This document shows, in pieces, positions 1-8,966 of a stretch of 43,086 nt of DNA. The stretch comes from Myxococcales bacterium (lineage in GTDB: Bacteria > Myxococcota_A > Polyangia > Polyangiales > Polyangiaceae). The stretch is from assembly GCA_043747615.1 (NCBI GenBank), contig JAYTOU010000025.1, forward strand, positions 1 through 43,086. The letters are read 5' to 3'. Every line of letters begins with the position of its first letter. The stretch's first letter is position 1. The notes under the pieces were generated by a model. That model was not told the origin of the DNA. It searched no databases and saw nothing but the letters and a program-made list of their open reading frames with translations. The translations under genes were made by a program, and so were the position numbers.

Positions 1-2
1 CA

Positions 3-173
3 CCAACGAAAACCTCCACGACGTCGACGCAGGGCAGCCCCGGAGCGCTCGGAGGAGCGGGAGCTGGCGCGGCAGGCGGCGATAACCTGCAAGGAAACCA
101 CGGTGCGGCGGGCCCGAACGGCACGACGGGAAAAGTAGGCATGGCAGCCGACGCTCAAGATTTGTCGCTGTGA
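3..173 (+). CDS. Partial CDS (C-terminus) of a Gly-rich, PE-PGRS-like protein
   Basis: Frame from nt 3 reads PTKTSTTSTQGSPGALGGAGAGAAGGDNLQGNHGAAGPNGTTGKVGMAADAQDLSL* with TGA at 171-173. The stop overlaps the next ATG (TGATG). Confidence 0.6.
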   Translation, partial: PTKTSTTSTQGSPGALGGAGAGAAGGDNLQGNHGAAGPNGTTGKVGMAADAQDLSL

Positions 174-763
174 TGCAACCGAGCGCGACGAAGCTCGCGA
201 TCCTCGTTCTCCTCGCGACCTCGGCGTGTTCACGCTCGAAAGCCGAGGCCGATGCGACACCCTCGACGCCAAGCATCACGTTCACTGCGCCACCCGCCTC
301 GTCTGCTACTCGCAACGAGTTTACCGTCGCGTCGACTGGCGTGCCGTTCGGTCTGCAAGTCGACGCCGGCACGGTATCTTTCTGCGACAAGCGCGGCGGA
401 CGAAAGCTCGACTTCGCTGCCGGGCGCGACATCCCGTTCGAGCGCACTTGCCCGAAAGACAGCGATGGCAATTCCGGTTGCGACCGGATGGGGCTCGACG
501 TGAGCGTCCGAACGCCCGGCTTGGGTCCGATCGACATCGTGGACGTCGATGGGAAGTCTTTTCCCCTTGATGGTCTCATACACGACTGCGCTGTAGATGG
601 AGATGTCCTTGCGATTGTCACGGGGTCCAGCGTCGTGATCATTGATCACGTGAAGGGGACGACGACTCTCCTCGATCACGATGGAGGGGACCGCGTCGCC
701 ATCGGGTCCAAGTGGGTCGCCTGGACCTCGGGATCGATCGTGCGAGCCCAACAGCGGAAATGA
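173..763 (+). CDS. Hypothetical lipoprotein
   Basis: ATG at 173 is coupled to the upstream stop. Signal peptide KLAILVLLATSA-C (lipobox-like), Pro/Thr linker, then a Cys-containing beta-rich body. Confidence 0.7.
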   Translation: MQPSATKLAILVLLATSACSRSKAEADATPSTPSITFTAPPASSATRNEFTVASTGVPFGLQVDAGTVSFCDKRGGRKLDFAAGRDIPFERTCPKDSDGNSGCDRMGLDVSVRTPGLGPIDIVDVDGKSFPLDGLIHDCAVDGDVLAIVTGSSVVIIDHVKGTTTLLDHDGGDRVAIGSKWVAWTSGSIVRAQQRK

Positions 764-1100
764 GATCCAGGGTATGCCGGTGAATCCTCGCTAGCATTAA
801 TCCGCGCGGCGCTTTGCTCGGTTCGTCGCCGAAGCCGGTGCCGTGTTCCAGTCGTCTCGCCGGTGGCGTTGGTCCGGCGCTTCGCTTTCTTCGGCCGTGA
901 CGTTGGGCGAACGCTTCGCTCGCAGGGGAGTGGATGATGATTTCGAAGAATTCTTTGCACGGGGGCACGCGGTCTTCTTAGAGCCTGTTCGGGCTCGTTG
1001 CGCTCGACGGGATCGACGCCAACAGCCGCGTTCGCGGCTGCCAACCCGGCTGCGACAGGTGCTCCGTGAGATGCGCTCTCAGTGTCCAACGCGTTGAAAG

Positions 1101-1182
1101 TGCACGGGAGAGGACTTGAACCTCCATCTCTTTCGAGGGCGGAACCTAAATCCGCTGCGTCTGCCAATTTCGCCACCCGTGC
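1101..1182 (-). tRNA. trnL: tRNA-Leu (anticodon TAG), no encoded CCA
   Basis: Minus strand GCACGGGTGGCGAAATTGGCAGACGCA-GCGGA-TTTAGGT-TCCGC-CCTCGAAAGAGAT-GGAGG-TTCAAGT-CCTCT-CCCGTGC-A. It has an acceptor stem, D-loop GG, long variable arm and TTC T-loop. Confidence 0.96.
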
Positions 1183-1742
1183 GGGGATGTTGTGGACGTG
1201 AGTTGCGTTGCCTGAATTCGGGATGCAGCCATTGATGGGTTGAAGCTCGCCTGGGTCATCCCGGACCAAGTGCGGGCCTTTCGACCCCAGGTATTTATCA
1301 TGCCCTACGAGCGGGAGCCCGTACGGTCGTCAACCCAGCTTTCAGAGCGCGAAAAGTATTCACTCCGCGCGCTTGCGTCAAAGACGGCAGAAGGCAACGC
1401 GCTCTCGTGCTTGGGTATTCGCCGCAGCGATCGTGACCCCGTAGTTTTGTACCAGTTGTACTTCCGATCCCGTGAAGAGAGATCTTGGTGGGCGTTTGCG
1501 GCGGAGCGGTCGCACCTTCACGAGCGACTACCACGGCTCCACAAGGCCCACATCGCGGCGACTCGCGATGCCGATTCTCGCCGAGAAATGTATGTCGGAC
1601 GAGGATGCGAGCTTCGGGTCATGTGCGCCAACGGAGGGTCGTGCCCGACCAAAATGCGGCGGAAGAAGGACGCGAGGCTCGGCTAGTGGTTTATTACGAG
1701 TACGGGATTTCCGTTTCCTCCGATCCCGCGGGAGGCATTTTG

Positions 1743-2249
1743 ATGCGCGCTCGCAATTATTTCTCATTCCTCGCTGCTGCTGCCGTGCTCACCATCACCG
1801 GAGCTGCGCTCTCGGGGCCGTCGTATGCTCCGCTTGCTCCGCCCCCGGGGTTCGTCGTGCACCTGATGGACTACAACCAAGTCAACGGCGAGCTGCTCGG
1901 CTACCCGGACGGAAATCCTCCGCTCAGCTGGTATCGCCACACGCACGCGACGAAGCACTTGCCTGGCAACGTGACTGGCAACGGGTCCAACAACGGACGC
2001 ATTCATCGCGTTGGAGAGGAGGGCGAACGCGAGGGGCGCGAGCACAACGAGCATCCGCCCAGCCCTTGCATTCCGATCATCCAAGTCTGGAACATGGCCG
2101 TTGCGTACGAGCGCGCGCATCCCGCGGCGGCTGCGACGAGCAATGACTTCGCCGTGCTCATCGCCCTCCTCGCGGAGCACAAGTGCAGTGCGATCATCAG
2201 CGCGCCCCCGGTGAGTGGCGACATCCAGACCATTGCGCCGAGTAACTGA
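1743..2249 (+). CDS. Hypothetical secreted protein with His-rich motifs
   Basis: GGAGG at about 1731-1735 precedes ATG 1743. Signal-like MRARNYFSFLAAAAVLTITGAALS; high GC3 downstream. Confidence 0.7.
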   Translation: MRARNYFSFLAAAAVLTITGAALSGPSYAPLAPPPGFVVHLMDYNQVNGELLGYPDGNPPLSWYRHTHATKHLPGNVTGNGSNNGRIHRVGEEGEREGREHNEHPPSPCIPIIQVWNMAVAYERAHPAAAATSNDFAVLIALLAEHKCSAIISAPPVSGDIQTIAPSN

Positions 2250-2270
2250 GGTCCCCTATTCTCGAGCGGG

Positions 2271-4940
2271 ATGAAGGTTCATGACGCGCGCAGGATCGCT
2301 CTTGCGGCGATCGTCCGCGGGTGGATTCGGCCGGAAGACGTTTGGGATGCTGCATGTCGTTGGTCGATCGAGGCGGGTGTTCCGAGCGCGGACAGCTTGC
2401 TCGGCGGGTTGCTCAATAGAGAGCAACTCGCCGTCCTCGAGATGGATGTCGATCTCGCAGGCGAGGGAACGCGCGGGACGACTCCAACCATCACCATCTC
2501 GGACATCGGTCCTCAATCCATTCCGTTAGGCGGCGGGTCGTCGCCTAGCCCTCCTGGCAACGCGAGCCCCGCACGCCGCACCCATTCGCGCTACGTGATG
2601 CGTGAGCACCTCGGAAGCGGCGGCGTTGGGGACGTCGTCGCCGCGCTGGATCGCGAGACGAGGCGCGTCGTTGCGCTGAAGACACTCAAGCCGAGCATCG
2701 CCGCCGAGCCGCTCCTCGTTTACCGTTTCGTCGAGGAGGCGCGCATCACAGCGCAGCTAGAGCACCCGAACGTCATCCCCGTTTACGATCTGGGTGTCGC
2801 CGCCAACGGTGAGCCGTTCTACACGATGCGCGTCGTCAAGAAGCGCTCGCTTCGCGATGTGCTCGAGCGCAAGCAGCTCCGCGCGCAGTGGCCGATGGTG
2901 CGTCTTTTGGGGGCCTTTTTGCAGGTCTGCCGCGCGCTCGCGTATGCGCACTCCAATGGCGTCGTGCATCGCGACATCAAGCCGGAAAATATTTTGCTCG
3001 GTGACTTCGGCGAGGTCTATCTCGCCGATTGGGGCCTCGCGAAGGTCGAAGCGACGAGCAATCTTCAGCTCCACGGAGAGGGCTCGGCTCCTCCGCCCGC
3101 TCTCGCTGAAGCCGGAGGCACGCCAGGCTATATGGCGCCGGAAGTCTTGCGCGGCGAATGGGAGACCGTCGATCACCGCGTCGATCTCTTTGCGATGGGG
3201 GTCGTGCTCTACGAAATGCTGACCGGGCATTCGCCCTTCTCCGCCCGCAACACCGCCGAGATGATGATCGCCACCGTAGAGCGCGCGCCGAAGCTGCCGC
3301 GCGAGTTCGCCGCGGGCTGTCCGCTTCTCCTCGAAGACCTGTGCATCGCGCTCCTCGAAAAAGAGCCCGAGAAGCGCCCCGCGTCGGCGGACGACGTTGC
3401 CGTGCAAATCGAAACGTACCTCGAAGGAGCGAAAGAAAAAGAACGCCGTCGCGAAGAAGCCCGACTCTTGTGCGCGCGCGCTACCGAACCGGCGGATCGC
3501 TATCTCCAGCTCGACGCCGAGCGCGAACGCCTAGGCGAACAAGCCCGCCAGCTCCTCCGGCACATCAAGAGCTCGGATCCGCTCGAGAAAAAACGCGTAG
3601 GTTGGGCGCTCGAAGATCTCGCCGACAAAGCGGCGCGCGAGGCGGCCCTCGTGCTCGCCGAGGCCATCGAGCTCTTCACGAAGGCGCTCGGCTACGACTC
3701 GGAGTGCGCCGAAGCGCACGAAGGGCTGGCCCGCCTCTACTGGAAACGCGCGCGGGTGGCCGAAGACGAGCGCCGCGGCGCCGAGCAGGTCTACTACGAA
3801 GCCCTCGTTACCGAGCACGACGAGGGTCGGTACCTCGCCATCTTGCGCGCAGACGCACGCATCACGGTGCGTTGCAATCCGCCAGACGCTTCGATTTTCG
3901 TGCAGCGCTACTTCGAACGCGATCGGGTCCTCGTGCTCGCCGAGGAAGTACCCCTCGGCCAGGCGCCGTTGACCGATGTTCATCTCGAGCCGGGGTCCTA
4001 CGTGATGACCCTTCGCGCGCACGGCTTTCGTGACACCCGCTATCCGATGCTCCTGCCGCGTGGGGCGCGTCACGAAGCGGTGGTAACGCTCTACACCGAC
4101 GCCGAGATCGGCGAAGGGTTCGTGCACGTCCCGGCCAGTCAGGCCATCCTCGGCGGCGACTCCGAAGCGTACGATCCTCTCGCGCGTCAGCAGGTCCACG
4201 TTCTCGATTTTGCGATCGCGAAATATCCCGTCACGCTTCGCGACTACTGCGCGTTTCTCGACGCCCTGGAGAAGACGGACAAGGACGTCGCCCTCCGCCA
4301 CGCCGCGCACGAAGAACGCGGCCCCGAAGGCTTTGCGGTTCGTCGCACGAAGCAAGGCACGTGGGAGCCGGATCCGGTCATCATCGAAGGCGAAGCGCGA
4401 AAGCTCTTTCCTCCCGAAGACGGACACCTCTGGAACGTCCCCACGCATCTGGTCGATTGGTTCGACGCTACGGCCTACTGCCGGTGGCGAAGCGCACAGG
4501 GCAACGCGATCCGCCTCCCCACCGAAATGGAATGGGAAAAGGCGGCGCGCGGCGTCGACGGTAGGTTCTACCCCTGGGGTGATCGCTTCGATGCAACGTT
4601 CTGCCTCGTGCGTGGGTCCCGCCCGTTCGTCAGTCAGCCGGAGCCCATCGGCACGTTCCCAACCGATGCGTCGCCGTACGGCGTGCGTGACATGGCCGGC
4701 GGGTTCCGCGAATGGGTGGGCGACATCTTTGGCGAAAAAACGGCGGTGGAGCTCGAGAATGAATCGCCGCTAACGAACGACAGTACGCGCGGCGAGTCGG
4801 GGTGGCGCCAAGTCCGCTCCGGCGCTTGGCTCACCGATCACAAATGGGCGCGCGCTGCCTCGCGCGGGGGTCTTTATCCGCTCAACCGCGGGACGGGCCT
4901 GACCTTCCGCTGTGCAAAGAGCCTCCCTTCGCGGAAGTAG
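2271..4940 (+). CDS. Ser/Thr kinase with helical/TPR-like, PEGA-like and C-terminal FGE-sulfatase (SUMF1-type) domains
   Basis: Kinase motifs [34 protein letters not shown]-family motifs [31 protein letters not shown]. Confidence 0.92.
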   Translation: MKVHDARRIALAAIVRGWIRPEDVWDAACRWSIEAGVPSADSLLGGLLNREQLAVLEMDVDLAGEGTRGTTPTITISDIGPQSIPLGGGSSPSPPGNASPARRTHSRYVMREHLGSGGVGDVVAALDRETRRVVALKTLKPSIAAEPLLVYRFVEEARITAQLEHPNVIPVYDLGVAANGEPFYTMRVVKKRSLRDVLERKQLRAQWPMVRLLGAFLQVCRALAYAHSNGVVHRDIKPENILLGDFGEVYLADWGLAKVEATSNLQLHGEGSAPPPALAEAGGTPGYMAPEVLRGEWETVDHRVDLFAMGVVLYEMLTGHSPFSARNTAEMMIATVERAPKLPREFAAGCPLLLEDLCIALLEKEPEKRPASADDVAVQIETYLEGAKEKERRREEARLLCARATEPADRYLQLDAERERLGEQARQLLRHIKSSDPLEKKRVGWALEDLADKAAREAALVLAEAIELFTKALGYDSECAEAHEGLARLYWKRARVAEDERRGAEQVYYEALVTEHDEGRYLAILRADARITVRCNPPDASIFVQRYFERDRVLVLAEEVPLGQAPLTDVHLEPGSYVMTLRAHGFRDTRYPMLLPRGARHEAVVTLYTDAEIGEGFVHVPASQAILGGDSEAYDPLARQQVHVLDFAIAKYPVTLRDYCAFLDALEKTDKDVALRHAAHEERGPEGFAVRRTKQGTWEPDPVIIEGEARKLFPPEDGHLWNVPTHLVDWFDATAYCRWRSAQGNAIRLPTEMEWEKAARGVDGRFYPWGDRFDATFCLVRGSRPFVSQPEPIGTFPTDASPYGVRDMAGGFREWVGDIFGEKTAVELENESPLTNDSTRGESGWRQVRSGAWLTDHKWARAASRGGLYPLNRGTGLTFRCAKSLPSRK

Positions 4941-4959
4941 TGCGCTAAGAACGAGGGCC

Positions 4960-5943
4960 ATGGTCGAAGACGCCGTTCTGCGCGAAGCCCTGAAAACCCC
5001 GCTTTTTTTCACGGATCTCAACCTCCTCGGAAAAAAGTACGAGGGTAAGGTCCGCGACAACTACTCCACGACAGATGGTCGCCGGTTCATCGTGGTGACC
5101 GACCGCATCAGTGCGTTCGATCGCGTGCTCGGCACGATCCCCTTCAAGGGGCAGGTGCTCAACCTCCTCGCGGCGTGGTGGTTTCAGCATACGAGCGGCG
5201 TCGCGCCGAGCCATTTTCTTCGCCTGCCTGATCCGAACGTTCTCGAGTGCATGGAGTGCGAGCCCATCCTCGCGGAGATGGTCGTGCGGGCCTACGTGAC
5301 GGGCTCGACATCGACGAGCATCTGGACGCACTACCAAGCTGGCGAGCGTATTTTTTGTGGCCACGCCCTCCCCGAAGGTCTGAAGAAGAATCAGCGCCTC
5401 CCCACTCCGATTCTCACGCCCGCCACCAAAGCCCCGAAGGGCGAGCACGACGTGAGCGGCTCGCGCGAAGACATCCTCGCTCTCGGAAATGTATCGTCGG
5501 AGGATTTCGATGCGGCGGCGGAGATCGCCATGCGCCTCTTCGCGCACGGAGAGCGGATGTGCGCCGAGCGCGGTCTGATTCTGGTCGACACCAAGTACGA
5601 GTTCGGAAAAACGAAGGACGGCCGGGTCGTCGTGATCGACGAAATCCATACCCCCGACTCCTCACGTTTCTGGCTTGAAAATAGCTATGAATCGCGATTT
5701 TCGGCGGGTCAGGATCCGGAGCCGCTCGACAAGGATTTCGTGCGCCGCCACTACACCGCACTCGGCTACCGCGGAGACGGCGAGCCCCCCCCCCTCCCCG
5801 ACGACGTTCGCGTCGGCGCCGCCCATCGCTACATCGAAGCCTACGAGCGCATCACCGGTCTCACCTTCGTGCCCGACACGGAGGAACCCCTCACGCGCAT
5901 CGAGCGAAATTTGTTCACCGAAGAAAGGAACCGCAGCAAATGA
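4960..5943 (+). CDS. purC: Phosphoribosylaminoimidazole-succinocarboxamide (SAICAR) synthase
   Basis: [45 protein letters not shown] at 4960 is in frame. Confidence 0.96.
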   Translation: MVEDAVLREALKTPLFFTDLNLLGKKYEGKVRDNYSTTDGRRFIVVTDRISAFDRVLGTIPFKGQVLNLLAAWWFQHTSGVAPSHFLRLPDPNVLECMECEPILAEMVVRAYVTGSTSTSIWTHYQAGERIFCGHALPEGLKKNQRLPTPILTPATKAPKGEHDVSGSREDILALGNVSSEDFDAAAEIAMRLFAHGERMCAERGLILVDTKYEFGKTKDGRVVVIDEIHTPDSSRFWLENSYESRFSAGQDPEPLDKDFVRRHYTALGYRGDGEPPPLPDDVRVGAAHRYIEAYERITGLTFVPDTEEPLTRIERNLFTEERNRSK

Positions 5944-6179
5944 AAGCGACCGTGCTCGTGAGGCTGAAGACAGAGGTGCTCGATCCGCAGGGAGACGCCG
6001 TTTGGCGCGCGCTCGACAAGCTGGGTTTCGAAGGGGTGAAGGGTGTTCGCGTCGGAAAGATCATCGAGATCGAGATCGACGACGCCCACGCCGGCCCGGA
6101 GCTGAAAACGCGCCTCGCGAAGATGTCGGACGAGATGCTGGCGAATCCGGTGGTCGAGGACTACGAAATTCGCGTGTAG
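5940..6179 (+). CDS. purS: Phosphoribosylformylglycinamidine synthase subunit PurS
   Basis: [20 protein letters not shown]; 79 aa; ATGA overlap with purC. Confidence 0.96.
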   Translation: MKATVLVRLKTEVLDPQGDAVWRALDKLGFEGVKGVRVGKIIEIEIDDAHAGPELKTRLAKMSDEMLANPVVEDYEIRV

Positions 6180-6198
6180 AGTGCACTGGTCGGCGGTG

Positions 6199-7353
6199 TT
6201 ACATCGACACGGGGGTGGGCATGAAGAGCAACGCGAAGATCACCAGCGTGAGGATCGCGATTATTTTTCTTCCCGTGTCGAGGGGAGCCGCGCCCGTCGC
6301 CGGGTGATCGAGGAGCCGGTGCGGGCGGAGTGCGCCCCACTTGAGCTCCATCGCCAGGAGTACGCCGAGGCACAAAAACCAGGCGATCCACACGCCGGGC
6401 AGCCCAAAGTGACCGATGGTGAAGAGGCCGATGAGAACGATCATCGCGGTGATCCGCGTCCGCGGGGAGAGCGTGCCTACGTCGTCGCGATCGGCTGACG
6501 AGAGCGCGCCGAGGACTGCGAGAACCTCGAACCACATGAGCCAGAAGAAAGAGCTCCCGATGTGGTGCTCCATGCGCGTGAAGCCGAGCCCGGCCTGAAG
6601 GTCACGAACGAGGAAGCCGCCCACGCTGACGAAGAAGAAAGCGAGAAGCGACCTGTGCACGAGGATCGCGAGCTTGTCCTGGCGTGGACCGAAGAGCGCG
6701 TACGCGACGTGACCGCCGTCGAGCTGCCCGACGGGCACGAGGTTGATCATCGTCACCAGCATTCCTCCCCACGCGCCAAAAGCGACAGGCGAAAGAAGGA
6801 GCTCCGTGCCCACGGGCGTCGGTGGCGCTGCGACGTGGTCGAAGAACTTCAGCGCGAGCGACTCCCCGAGCTCCATTGCGCCGACCGGAACGGGTATGAC
6901 CTGCGAGTGCGCCGCACCCCACAAATAAAGGGGGATCGCGAGCACCAGCCCCGCGAGCGGCCCCGACGCGCCGATGTCGAGGAGCGCCTTTCGGGTGGGG
7001 ATCGTTCCCCGCATGCGGATCACCGCGCCCATGGTTCCGAGCATCGACAGAAACGGCATCGGAATGAAATAGGGGAGCGACGCGTCGACCTTGTGAAGCC
7101 GCGCGGCGATGTAATGACCGAACTCGTGGGCGAGAAGAATGGCCAGAAGAGAACCCGCGAACTGCGCGCCATGGATAATCGACGCACGAGAAAAGAGCGG
7201 CGTCGCGTCGTTCGATGCGTACGAATAAAAAACGCTCACCACCGTGGCCAGGAAGAGCCACAGGTTTGTACGCCACGCGAGCGCCTCAGGGCGCGCGGAG
7301 AGCGTCCCGGAGGGCGGCAGCGAGTCGGTCGAGTTGGGGGCTGAGTTTGGCAT
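6199..7353 (-). CDS. Site-2 protease (M50 intramembrane metalloprotease)
   Basis: HEFGH zinc motif, GPLAG, NLVPVGQLDGGH, multiple TM segments. The start lies inside the FliH-like gene. Confidence 0.92.
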   Translation of the reverse strand: MPNSAPNSTDSLPPSGTLSARPEALAWRTNLWLFLATVVSVFYSYASNDATPLFSRASIIHGAQFAGSLLAILLAHEFGHYIAARLHKVDASLPYFIPMPFLSMLGTMGAVIRMRGTIPTRKALLDIGASGPLAGLVLAIPLYLWGAAHSQVIPVPVGAMELGESLALKFFDHVAAPPTPVGTELLLSPVAFGAWGGMLVTMINLVPVGQLDGGHVAYALFGPRQDKLAILVHRSLLAFFFVSVGGFLVRDLQAGLGFTRMEHHIGSSFFWLMWFEVLAVLGALSSADRDDVGTLSPRTRITAMIVLIGLFTIGHFGLPGVWIAWFLCLGVLLAMELKWGALRPHRLLDHPATGAAPLDTGRKIIAILTLVIFALLFMPTPVSM

Positions 7354-7933
7354 CCAGACTTCCTAGGTCGGTGTGAAGCGAAAGTGACCCCCGCGATAGC
7401 GTGGGATCCAAGGCTATTTCAAGGGCACCCTTGGAGAAGCCTAGTTCTTCAACCTTGCTCCGAAGTTCGTCCGCGTCGAGGGGGTGAGCGGCGATCGTTA
7501 CCTTTCGAGCGCCCCGCGCCTCCTCGAGCGCGCGCTTGGCCATCTCCATGATTCGCTCGGGATGAACCTCGAGTGCCGCGCCGACCAGACGCTCCGAGAG
7601 CATCACCGCCAGCTTGATCGCGCGCTCGAGATCGGCGTCTGCGCGCGCTTCTTCACGCTGACGGAGCGCGAGAAACAAACCCGCGAGCTTGGCCACTTCT
7701 GCCTGCCGGGCTTCCTCGGTGGCGAGGGCCACGGTGCTCGATGCCGACGCGCGGGCCTGGGCGACGAGCTCGCGTGCCGCCTCTTCGGCGCGAGCATGGA
7801 TCGCCCGTGCCGCGTCATGCGCATCGACGACCTCACGAGACACGCGCCGCGGACTGGCCACGGTCTCCGAAAACGGAAGGGCGCTCGCATCCTCGGCCTG
7901 GGGCACCACGCGACCGCGTCTCATGATGGCCAT
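7286..7933 (-). CDS. FliH/SctL (HrpE/YscL)-family stator-like protein
   Basis: N-terminal GRVV, Ala-periodic helix (AARAIHARAEEAARELVAQA), C-terminal VTIAAHPLD...DPTLSRG..LHTDLGSLDAKLSPQLDRL. Alternative start at 7924 (ATGA overlap). Confidence 0.82.
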   Translation of the reverse strand: MAIMRRGRVVPQAEDASALPFSETVASPRRVSREVVDAHDAARAIHARAEEAARELVAQARASASSTVALATEEARQAEVAKLAGLFLALRQREEARADADLERAIKLAVMLSERLVGAALEVHPERIMEMAKRALEEARGARKVTIAAHPLDADELRSKVEELGFSKGALEIALDPTLSRGSLSLHTDLGSLDAKLSPQLDRLAAALRDALRAP

Positions 7934-8133
7934 GCTTCCTCCGCGCGCTCGATCTCGATGGCCAACGCTCCGAGAGCGGCGGCGAGGGCCTTCGCTTTCT
8001 GCAGCCTACTTTCAGAGCGAAGGTGAAGCTCCGCGGACACGGCGTCGGCGCTCGAGCCGAGATGCGCGAGAACGCCTTCTTGGGATTCGCCCAGGGCGAC
8101 GCTCATCGCCACGAACGTGAGGTGCCAATCCAT
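7921..8133 (-). CDS. Small hypothetical protein (70 aa)
   Basis: ATG 8133 overlaps the MBL gene stop (TGATG) and its stop overlaps the FliH-like start region. Reads MDWHLTFVAMSVALGE... Confidence 0.7.
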   Translation of the reverse strand: MDWHLTFVAMSVALGESQEGVLAHLGSSADAVSAELHLRSESRLQKAKALAAALGALAIEIERAEEAWPS

Positions 8134-8966
8134 CACGCGAACGTACTCCATCGCCCGTCCACCTGCGTCGCTCGCCCCTCGTAGGAGAGCTTTTCGAGAT
8201 GCGCACGCAGGCTGAGGAGCGCGATCGGCCAGATGTGCGCGGGGGTGTCGTCGTACGCGATGGCCACCAGATCTTCTTCCGACTGTGCACGTGGGGAGAG
8301 AGCACTCATCACCTTGGCTTCGCGCTTCAAGCGATGAGCGATGTACTTCCGAAAGAGCTCGGACGGCGCGTCGATCGGCTCGCCGTGTGCGGGCAGGGCC
8401 AGTCTCGCGTCGAGTTTGTCGAGCCGTTCGAGCTCGTCCAAGTAGACGCGCATGTCGCCGTCACCAGGGGCGATCAGGATCGTTCCGATGCTCGCCACCA
8501 TGTCGCCGACGATCAGCGTGCGCGTATCTTCTTCGTACAAGCAGATGTGACCAGGAGCGTGACCCGGGGTGTGAAGGACGCGCCAAGCTTCGGGCAGAGG
8601 TCCATCGAGGACGAGCGTCTCTCCCTCCGCGAGCTCCCGGGTGATCAACTTTGGCTCGAGTAAAACAGCGGTTTTGTGATGAGCCCAAACTGGCAGAGCG
8701 AGCTCGCGCGACAGGACGTCGAGCCCCCCTACGTGGTCGGGATGATGGTGCGTCGCCACGATCGCTACCGCCCGCCGCCCCGTCGACGGGAGACCCCGCG
8801 CCCACTCGATCCACGCCCGCTGCTCGCTGACGTACGGTGTCGCCGGCTCGACGAGGAGGACTTCGCGCGAGCCGAGGGCGTAGCTGTTGGTGTGCGTCGC
8901 CGGAAGTAGGGTGGGCGTGAGCGCCGAGAAGAGCTCGAGCGATCGCGAAAGCTCCCTCGGACGCAT
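8133..8966 (-). CDS. MBL-fold metallo-hydrolase with C-terminal winged helix (LACTB2-like)
   Basis: THHHPDHVGG, HTPGHAPGH, GDMV, PAHG, C-terminal AHLEKL..EGR. ATG 8966 overlaps the thiolase TAA (TAATG). Confidence 0.9.
   Translation of the reverse strand: MRPRELSRSLELFSALTPTLLPATHTNSYALGSREVLLVEPATPYVSEQRAWIEWARGLPSTGRRAVAIVATHHHPDHVGGLDVLSRELALPVWAHHKTAVLLEPKLITRELAEGETLVLDGPLPEAWRVLHTPGHAPGHICLYEEDTRTLIVGDMVASIGTILIAPGDGDMRVYLDELERLDKLDARLALPAHGEPIDAPSELFRKYIAHRLKREAKVMSALSPRAQSEEDLVAIAYDDTPAHIWPIALLSLRAHLEKLSYEGRATQVDGRWSTFA

Noticed and set aside
4080..4940. FGE/CLec domain as a diversity-generating retroelement target
   Set aside because: No reverse transcriptase and no second copy (template repeat) of the 3' region is visible in the window.
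5785..5794. C10 homopolymer in purC as a phase-variation site
   Set aside because: It is in frame and encodes the usual PurC EPPPLP segment of a housekeeping enzyme.
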